A stretch of 63,852 nt of DNA, the filler included, from Intoshia linei (lineage: Eukaryota > Animalia > Orthonectida), in NCBI GenBank assembly GCA_001642005.1. It is 9 parts of 9 records of this genome, joined end to end, with 100 filler letters (N's around TTAATTAATTAA, not from the genome) between each part and the next. Parts side by side here need not be neighbours in the genome. Positions count along the whole stretch, not along the records: positions 48,225 to 58,749 come from LWCA01001263.1; positions 58,850 to 62,455 come from LWCA01002064.1; positions 62,556 to 63,852 come from LWCA01002660.1; 6 more parts are not named here. One strand, written 5' to 3'. The notes under the pieces are model-generated. The model was not told the DNA's origin and did not search any database. It saw only the letters and a list, made by a program, of their open reading frames with translations. A program made the position numbers and the translations under genes. Each line of letters starts with the position of its first letter. Position 1 is the first letter of the stretch. Positions 53,843 through 63,852 of this stretch are shown in pieces.

Positions 53843-54362
53843 TTAATCGCATAAATCCTCTTTGAACAGTCTATCTTCAACCATTTTAGAAAATCTATGT
53901 TGATAAGTTTTGTCAACATGTGAGAAAAATGCGTAAATTGTTTCAAAGGTTTCACTTTTAAAATACAGGCTAGAGGTTCTGTCTATGCTTTTACATTTTT
54001 CGGTTGGTTCAGAAAGAGATCCTCTGCTTTGGTGATTGAATAGTATTGGTGATGTGTGTGTTTCAGATGGTGCAATGTTGGCAATGTAATCATATTCGTT
54101 TCCTACAATCTACACATTTTATGAACATTATCATTATCTTACGGTAAATCCCTCCTGGTCTAATCTTATGCAATATTTACTATCTTTTTCGTCATTTTCA
54201 ATAGTTATGTTAATAAATGCTTGTGTTTGGTTTGGTTCAGATAATGTTGATATTTCAGCATGCTTTGAATACATCTAAGTACATCATTATGTTGGTGTTA
54301 AATATTATTACCTGTATTTCTTTAATATTTGACTTGGCTTCAGCGTAATAATCGAATGGCAT
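53843..54362 (-). CDS. GSKIP: GSK3-beta interaction protein (DUF727), 149 aa
   Basis: Exons 54362-54312, 54274-54143 and 54109-53843 (37- and 33-nt introns) join in frame: AEAKSNIKEI...AFINITIE...YCIRLDQEGFTIVGNEYD...FETIYAFFSHVDKTYQHRFSKMVEDRL. Confidence 0.85.
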
Positions 54363-57300
54363 ATGACACTGGCTGGTTTATGTCTAATTTTTGAGATTAA
54401 TATAATTTGTAGTTATAGTAAAATATAAAATAACAAATAAAACTGTTCTACATTAAAGTATTCACTGTATAAAATTACCTCAAACGTCGCACTCAATGTT
54501 ATATAATAAAAATTATACACGTATAAATAGTTTACATTTTAAGTCTATAATATTCTTTGCAAATAATTTATTAGTGGTTGTGAATTATAATTTATAATAA
54601 AAATACTAATAAGGTAAAACATCAATTTCACACATCTCAAACTGACTTTTATTGTATTAATTTCATCATGTGAACTACTTATACACTAATATAATATTAA
54701 TTAATGTATTAAAATTAATCAATATTAATGCGTGTATAGTATCACTTCAAAATTGTCAAGATTTCATTCATAATAAAATAAGAACAAACCACGTAAAAAT
54801 TGTAATAGATTTTATATATCTTTAATAATACAAGTCGTAGTTATAATTATACTAGCTTGACTGTTATGTAAAAAATAATTAAATTATAAATAAATATTTT
54901 GATTATACAGAAAAAACAGTCCAATCCTAAAAATTGTCATAAATTCCAGAAAAAATAAAATTGTATTAACCTATTTTGTCATTTTCAATGTGATAATATA
55001 TATTCAGTACCAATTTAATAAATAATTTAAAATGCCAATTATGCATAGATAATTAACGGAATCAGGAATTTAGAAACATACATGTATTTCAATGTTCAAT
55101 TAGAATTTTACCAATATTGCAAAGCATCGCAATAAATATAATAATGATAATAACAAAGTTATACTTTTAGAACTTCGTTGTTTAGTTACACTGTAAAACG
55201 TTTTGAAAATTAGAATTTAAAAATTGCATAACAAGAAAAAAATCCAAAAAAATCAATTATATAGATTGTCATCCATATTTATTTATTGGAAATTTGTAGA
55301 AATTCAATGCATTTTTTTGAAATTGTAGAATGATTATTTTACTTTCTAATCTAACAATTGAAAAATATTGGTTGATAATATATTAAAAATTATTTTTTAC
55401 TGAGAATGCATAGATTACTGGGGTCGAATTTTGGTATATATATCAACTGGAATAAGCTGTATCAGAATAATTTTTTTTAATTATAGGATCATTAATTATT
55501 TCAAATTTTTTGTTTTAATAAAATAGTTTCTAAATTAAAAAAATGAATATTAAACTACTTTTTTGAACGTGAAGGAGTCACTTATTAAGATTGAAATTTT
55601 TTGTATGTGTTAACAGGATACACCTGTTCCATCGGTTGTTTTTTTAATTCTAGGGCTGCTTTCACATAAAAAAATGATAATCGGTGGTTTTGATCGTGAA
55701 TGTATAAGATTTTAAAATTGAAAATTATCATAATGTTGATTAGTTTAAAACAAAAAAAAATCGACAATATGGGTTTTTTAAACCTTGAAGGTCTCAATTT
55801 CTGAAATTCAAATTTGCGATAAAACATCACTATAGAAAAATTGTTACAAGAATATGGAATTTGTAAAATTCGAATCCCTTAATTTCTTAAATAAACTGGA
55901 ATAAACAAATAAACATACACACATTTTTAAAAATTTTACTATATGTAAGTAACGATATACAGAGATTGGAAATAATTGATTTTTTTGCAATTAATTGAAA
56001 AATAAAAAGATAATTTTCAATTAATTGGTTTTTCTAATATAACTGAAAAAATATAAATTGAATCCTTTTATTGACGAATGGATAAATGTTGGATAAAAAT
56101 ATTAATCAAATTTTTTTATGTAGTTTAAAAATTACAATATTAAGGTGTCAAGTTGACACTGTCAAAACTCGTTGTAGCGTATCACAGTCCCACCATGCTT
56201 TATTTATTTCCAGAAACAATTTTATTTCCAAATTCGAAAAAAGAAATAAAATAAATAATATAAAAATATTTTCTAAATACTATTTTGCAAATAAAATAAT
56301 TTGATACTGTATAATAAAATATTAATAATTTTTAATTATTATATGCAATTTTAGAAAAATAGAAACGCGTTTGTTACCATGAAAATGATGTATTTAACCT
56401 ACTTTTTTTTTAAAATTTTTTAAACTTATTCCATATCAACTTGTAATAGTCTAATCTAGTCGCACCAAACTTTTTGGCATTGAGACCGGAATAACTAAAA
56501 AAAATCCGCGGACCAGATGGAAAACATACATGACGGTATTTAAAATTAAGATTTAAAGTTTAAATTAATGAATTAATCAGTTTCTCATGATCTAAAAATG
56601 AAAGTCGATAGTATACACCAATGACAGCTTAAACCTGTTTAAGTTTTAAGATTTAAAGTTTCTTTACAAAGTTTAAGCTCTCCTTGTATACACGTATATT
56701 TAAAACCTAAGGCGATGATATATATTAATTTTAAAGATATCACCGGTGTATTTTGTAATAGATTTGTAATTCGCGAACCGGATAAAATTCAATTGCTAGT
56801 TGTAGTTTGGTGGGCACTGCTTTAATCAACCATACAATATTTGCCCAAAACTATATAGCAAACGACTTTAAATTATCATTATAAAAGGCTTCGTACACAA
56901 ATAATGAATTATAGTTTAAATTTGATAATTATCAAATTTCGATAGAAATGTTGCATAAATGTTATAAATACTTGCATTTTAACATGAAAATTGAATTGAA
57001 TTTAAATTCAAAGCAGTAATATATAATGTATGGAAATGATATAATATATAAATACAATTTAAAAAACATTTGCTATTCAAATTATTGTACACTTGGAACA
57101 AGATTATTAGTAAATGTCCTAATAATTCGTATCATTCAGTTTATAAAAATTTATTAATCTGATAAAAATAAAATCAAGAAATCAGAACTATTTAAATATA
57201 GAATTATGCACTTGATAGACACGATAAACCATTCAGTTACCTATCACACATGTTTTATAATTTTAAAATTAAACTATATAAGAAAAAAAAATACAAATTA

Positions 57301-60300
57301 TACAATTTAAATATTATCAACTTTTCACTTATTATTTCTGTGCTCTGCCATCCTTTCACCACTTCGACAACTATACCGTAATACTTACATAATTCTTTTA
57401 ATTTAAACATATTTTTAGAGGTTAGCCCGTAGCAAATTAGTTTGTCTAGAATTTGGGAATATTAATAATAATGTATCTTTAATTAAACTATTCAATTATA
57501 TTTTCTTGAACGCGCCATTTTCTGCTGTGTTAACATGGTTGCGTCGTCTTTTTCGGCTCTAAAAAATTTTGTATAAATTCATTCCATCTCAATTGTTTCC
57601 ATTTCACTTTTATCCATGCTTGAATGAACGTTTGAGCTATTTCGTTACTAACTAAGATTAACTGAAATTTAATAATTGTCTTATATCATGCTCTTTAATA
57701 CGCATTGAAAATCTTTTTATTTTTTAATTCAAATAACAAAGTTTACTTTTAGAAATTTTTTTTTAAAATATTACTATTTTATTATTAACTATTCCAATTA
57801 TTCCCTTATTATATGTATACTATATTATATTAAAAATGGATAAAACATTAGAAAAAAAATTTAAAATGATTAAACCAATTCTTAAAATTGACTGTTCATT
57901 TTATACAATTACTATTATAAAATCCAATATTATCATACAATTATAATCAAAACATGTGCGAGAAAAAAATTATCAAATGTATTTTTTAAATTAAAATCTT
58001 CTGTTTTCGTATATATAGTCAAATAAAAATTAAAATTCCTTTTAATGAATGAAATTAGTTTCAGTTTTTGTTTTGAAATCTATAATTAGACAGTGTTTAA
58101 TTTGTAGTAATTTTCTTTTAATTGACATAATAGCATCTAATTTATAAGATAACTTAATAATGTATATTCAACTGATAAGGTCATTGACGGACTTTAAAAA
58201 AATCCAAAATTAAATTAGAAATCATATTAAGATTTTAAATAACCTGGATCCTTTAAATTTCAATGTATAGCAATCTTTCATATAAATTACCAGATAACTT
58301 TTAAAATTACAAATCACAAATTTCACGTTTATTCGACAAAGCTACTTTAAATAAAAAATTGATCCACTTGTGTCATCATTTTACACCTGAAATAAATACA
58401 AAACATATTTATCAAATTTTTTTAATTTTACAGACCAAATTCAATCTAAATTGCATAAAACATGATATTTAAACCCAAATTAATGTTTATTAAATTTTTT
58501 TGATCAGCACCATGTACCAGTACCAAATTTTTTTATAAGTTTTATTTTCAAACACAAATTTAATTTTTTCAACATTATGGTGGGGGTACATACCGGTAAC
58601 CAAGGCAAAATTAAAAATTACAACCATGCCTACCATATAAAGGAAATTAAAAATAACTTTTTTGTTTTTTGGTTACCAAGATAAATGTTGGTTCAATAAA
58701 TTTTTTTTATGCATGACCGCCAAAATTAACAAGGATCTTATTTATCTTTNNNNNNNNNNNNNNNNNNNNNNNNNNNNNNNNNNNNNNNNNNNNTTAATTA
58801 ATTAANNNNNNNNNNNNNNNNNNNNNNNNNNNNNNNNNNNNNNNNNNNNTAAGATAAATTTCAACCTCCCAATTTCACATCTTACGGGTCAAAAACCCCA
58901 GTTATTTCTCTTTTTGAAAATCAAGCGAGTTGGACAATTTAAAAAAAATATATACGCTGATACTGATTTTAAAATTATAAACATTACCATAAATTTAAAG
59001 TTAAAAAATTATATCTTCAGGGCCAAAACTCCAAATTACCCTTCTTTTTTTAAGGAAACAGCCCTAGAATTTCAAAAGATTTACAAGTGGTACAGTTGTA
59101 TCCTGTTAACACACATCAAAAATTTCAATCCGAATAAGTGACGACATCACGGTCTAAAAAGCATTTTAGTATTCATATATTATTTCTGAAATATTTTATT
59201 AAAACAAAAAATATGAAATATGTAACCGTCCAAAAATTAAAAAAAAGATTGTTCTAATAGAGATTATTCCAGTTGATATAAATACAAAATTTCAATCCCA
59301 GAAATCTACGCATTCCCGTTGAAAAATAATTTTTAATATATTATCAACCACTATTTTTCAAATATTTCGAACTTTAATAAATATCTCTAACTTTACTTCC
59401 AAAATTGCGTCAAAACTTAAAATGACGATGACTTGCCACTGAATAATTTAAAAATATTTAATAGCACATTATATTTTAATGAACTGATTTTAATTTGATA
59501 AAATGAAATACTCTAATTATCTTATCAATAATGACGGAAATGATCAAATTAGATAATAAAAGCGCAACGAATAAAATTATAATATTAAGTACAAAAAACT
59601 TAAAAATTCAATTTAATTCAATTAATGCAATTTTGTTTCCAAGTCTTTATTACATTAATTTAGTTCGGATGTTCCAAAGCTAGTAGTATTTAACATATCA
59701 TGTTCCCCTCTGATATTATCAAATCCCAATTATGATTATTCAGTGACTAATAGTTACATTGTATTGCCATTCAAGTATCAAGCAGCTCTTATTCATAATT
59801 ATATATAGATTTTAAGTGATACTTTCTCATAAATCATTTGAAATTTTTAACCTATCCATAATAAGTCAAATTGTATAATATTTTATAATATAGGTCGTAA
59901 ATATAATTAACGTTATAATAAATATAAATAATAAATTATCAATTGTGAAATCAATATGTAAAAGTCGACAATTTTATGGATACTTTTTATACTATATTTG
60001 TATTATACAATAGAAGAATAGAAGAATGTATAAAAAATATAATTATGTCCAATACGCAGTGAATATTTTGCATTAGAATATTTACTTTTTTATCATTACC
60101 CATTTTACAAGTGGATGCCTTTATGGATTTTAAGTATTTATCCAAAAAAATATTTAAATGCGTTAATATGTAACCCTTTCAAAAGTAATTAGTGAAATCC
60201 ATACAAAAATGTTAAGATAAAAATAAAATATAACATTTTTTTATTTATAATCAGTTTTGGATTAGTTGTTTTTTGTAATTTCTTTGATGGTTTACCATGT

Positions 60301-61062
60301 TTTGTGGACAATTTTGTTTTTTTACATTAAATTATAGCTCATTTATTTTGATTTTGACGAAACGCGTTTTGAGTTTATAATTAACTTTATTTATAGTTTT
60401 TGTGTTAATTATGAGGAATTCAAACATCATTAACACACAGCTTTTTTCTATCAGATATGTATGACACCCTGAATAATCTAATTTACTCATTGTTTAATAT
60501 ACATAATAACATATACATAATATATATAACATACTATATAATAATAATAATATATAATAAAAAATCTGATACATTTAATATCTTTAAAAATATTTTCATT
60601 TCATTTAGGTTGTATGATATAAATATTAATATATATTAATATTATTTATAATGAATTTTTAACATTTATGTATCATTTTACAAACAAATTCGAATTCATA
60701 CTCACGTAAACAACTAACTTTCTTTTCAATCTCTGCCTTTTTAAATAATTGTTAAATTATTCTAAATAATAAAACCTTTAAATTCATAATCGGTAACGAG
60801 AATCGTGCCGGGTATAAAGAAGCTGTTATATTATGATAATTGTTGCAGTACAATTTTTTAATTTTATGACTTTAGAAATAACATTAAATTTACATTTAGC
60901 GATGGCTTTTTTATTGTTTCGAAAATACTCCCGAGTGAAATGATAAATGAGCGGTCGGAATAAATAAGGATATAAATTTAATATGGGTGAAAAAGAAATT
61001 TAATGTTATTACGGATAAAATTCATTGTTTATTTTATTTTATCATAATTTTATATTATACAT

Positions 61063-61605
61063 CAGGGGTTCCCAAACTCATTTTGTCTACCGCCCCCTTC
61101 TTAGAAAAATATTTTATCAACACCTTCCTAAAAAATTTCTCCACTACGTCGTATATATATTTAAAATATTAAAAATAAATTACCAATTAATTTTTCATTT
61201 AACTGACATTATGTCCAAAGTCGATATGTAATAATTAAAACATTGAATATTATATTATATGTAAATTAAAAAATAATGTATTTATTATTGTCACTGCTTA
61301 TATAACTGGATCCCAACTTGCTATAAAAATATCCCATTAAAATCAAAAAATTCATCAACGCTCCACTCTATCCACCTAAAATCGTTTTTTGAATACACAG
61401 TGTAATTAATAATTAAAATTTTATAATAAAACAATCAATGAACATTGACATGGAACTATATTTTAAATTTGGTACTGGATCAATTTTACTATACTGAAAT
61501 ATATTTTAAAAAATTTCTATTTATGTTTTTTTAATTTTTTAAAATCGCCCCCTAACTGAATTAATCGCTCCCTGGGGTCGATATTGGCCACTTTGGGAAC
61601 CCCTA
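61063..61605. mobile_element. hAT-type MITE
   Basis: TIRs CAGGGGTTCCCAAA / TTTGGGAACCCCTA. TSD TTATACAT/ATATACAT. Confidence 0.8.
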
Positions 61606-62675
61606 ATATACATTATGGTATTATTATATGTGTACAATGTACATTAGGGTGTCAACGGTATCTTAAATGCAATGCCGCTCAGGAATAATTAGATGCTTAT
61701 ATACATTTAAAGTGTTAATTCGTTGAAAAAAATTATTTTTATACACTAATGAACTTGCAGGCTCTAATTAATTTTTCAAAATAATATTTAAACTTTTATA
61801 AAAATAAACATATGTTTACTCTATTTTAAAACAATTTATTTATTTTAACCTTTTCATTTTAATTTTCTTAGATTTTTAGTAGTTTTGTCATGAATAATTG
61901 TTAATCTAATCATTAGATTCTAATGCATTAAGGTTTGTTTTCCAATCGTCTTTGTTGGAATATTTTAAATGAGTTCAATAAGATGATACTTGATCAATGA
62001 TCATTAATGATTAGTTATATATTATTAGGGTTTTATATACTTTACAAATTAAGTCTTAATCTGAAAGATTAATAAACAATAATTTATTGTACTATTTCCT
62101 TATTATCTACTTAACTATACATACACAAATGTAAGTAATAACTAAATTTATGATTATGTAGTTGCGTTTTAGTCATTAATAATTAAACCATAAATACACT
62201 ACGTATTTTCATTGTTGTAAATCATTTCTGAAAAACCCATCAATTTATTGCAATTTTGCCAATTTTATTTGTTTCATATTTTATTTTTAAGCTACAATAT
62301 GAGAAAAGGTATTTTTTTATTATAATAAAAAAACATAATAGGTCATTAATCTGTAATTTTGTTATTAAATTTTACGGATGAGAAACCTTAAATATATAAT
62401 ATAAATAAATAATTATAGATATAAGAAAAAGAAGTGGAGATAAAATTGTTGGACCNNNNNNNNNNNNNNNNNNNNNNNNNNNNNNNNNNNNNNNNNNNNT
62501 TAATTAATTAANNNNNNNNNNNNNNNNNNNNNNNNNNNNNNNNNNNNNNNNNNNNTTTGCAATACAATAAACCCAAAAAGCGCTTCAAACGTTTGTATCG
62601 TTTCAAGTGATGATGTGACATCAATGATGAATAAAGATGATCAAATCAATTAAATTGTATAACAAATATAAATAC

Positions 62676-63852
62676 TAGGGCTGTTCATTTTTTACAAAAT
62701 TTTCGATTCGAAAAAAATCCACCCCTACCTTGAAGAGGGTACTTTAAAACCCATAAAAAAAAATTTAGAAAAAATTACCTTAAAAATGTGTACCCTTTTT
62801 TATTTTTAAGGTTTTCGCGCGCTTTTTCCCCTTTTTCTTAATTGGCGCCATTTTTTTTTAAATATGGATATGATTAATGTATGACCCACTAAGACATATA
62901 CCAAATTTGGTCTAAATTAATTTAATATTTAACCTCACTGGGTATTTTTTCCTTAAAAACGGGTTTTTGTAATATTGGTCAAATTTAAAAATAATAACGA
63001 TAAATTTATTTTAAATATGAAAATCTGAGTGTCCCATGTTAAAATTCAGTTATTAACGTTTTAAACACATTTTAATGAAAAAAGTAATATGAACTCTCTA
63101 GAAGCCGAGCTAAAAAATTGAACTGTGTTTGTTCTAATCAATTAATTTATAATTTTTGTATGACGATATGTAAAATGTTATGCAGATTCGAAGTAATTGA
63201 GTGTAGTTTTTTTTGTATTATTAGTTTCTTCGTTTTAATTAATTAAAATCAGGAAAATACTTTATTATCTTGAAAAAATTACGATAAATCATTGAAACAA
63301 TAGTTTATAAAATTTTAAATATTTATTTTGTTAAAATTTAACAGTAATTTTGTTTCAATGTCAACAATATTACGGTCGACATATTTTTTTACATATCCCA
63401 GAGATCTCTCACAAATTTCATTTGTAACATCCACATTGATAGGATATAATCGCAACATATAATTCCGATTAAAGAATTCCAATGTTTTACCTTCCAGTAT
63501 TCCTCGTAATAATTCAATTGATTCAGTTTGTCTTCTACAAGTGAACCAAGCAGGCGCCCAGTAATCGACAACAAATTTGCACGCATTAATTATAGCTGCA
63601 GATTTGTCTGAACTAAGTAGATAATATTTTAACAGATTTGTTATTCCAGCAAGCTTTAGACAAAGGTCCCAATTTTCTGATTGAATTAATAGGATTTACC
63701 CCAGTATTAAACAAATATTTTACTGCCTTACATAATCCAGATAACTCTGAATAATCGTTTCTACTGCACCTTGGATATTTAATTTCAATTCCTGTTTACT
63801 TATAATGTGGTAACCACTGCAAAAAATTAATTTTGAGAATCTCAACAAAACT
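62676..63852 (-). mobile_element. hATm-like transposon, 3' half (runs off the window end)
   Basis: Frameshifted minus-strand protein RNDYSELSGL...LGPLSKACWNNK then LKYYLL...CKFVVDYWAPAWF...VTNEICERSLG. This frame differs from the listed ORF. Putative terminus TAGGGCTGTTC at 62676. Confidence 0.68.

Noticed and set aside
57300-57650. GC-richer, coding-looking segment on the minus strand
   Set aside because: Stops occur in the frames tried and there is no recognisable motif or consistent splice model.
18302-62555. Recurrent TTAATTAATTAA palindrome flanked by Ns, suggesting a regularly spaced biological repeat
   Set aside because: All eight are identical 100-nt artificial six-frame-stop contig linkers.
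63389-63586. Listed 65-aa ORF as a gene
   Set aside because: It is an alternative frame. The transposase-like motifs are in another frame on the same strand.

Overview
This is very AT-rich eukaryotic (metazoan) genomic DNA with many tiny GT-AG introns (about 33-60 nt) and dense transposon debris. The style recalls a compact parasitic invertebrate genome such as an orthonectid, but that is inference only. The window is nine contigs joined by eight identical 100-nt spacers (N44-TTAATTAATTAA-N44), so adjacency across spacers is not reliable. Genes reconstructed by manual splicing, mostly invisible to the ORF track: (1) the channel-forming 3' end of an IP3-receptor-like gene (347-3486, +); (2) in the same contig, the 5' part of a second IP3-receptor-like gene (7455 to >17771, +), with an intronless orphan membrane-protein gene (4392-5057, -) between them; (3) an Iwr1/SLC7A6OS-like gene; (4) a large internal exon of a single-pass membrane protein; (5) a degenerate RGK-type small GTPase; (6) MRPL3; (7) RFT1; (8) GSKIP. 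Mobile DNA includes hAT elements and MITEs with 8-bp TSDs, a Tc1/IS630 DD34E element with spliceosomal introns, a pogo/Tigger remnant, piggyBac-type MITEs, Gypsy gag/integrase remnants and an abundant non-autonomous Helitron-like family. The strongest candidate for unusual biology is the tandem pair of non-canonical IP3R-like channels. The first lacks the GGGxGD selectivity filter and the second has a remodelled IP3-binding loop.
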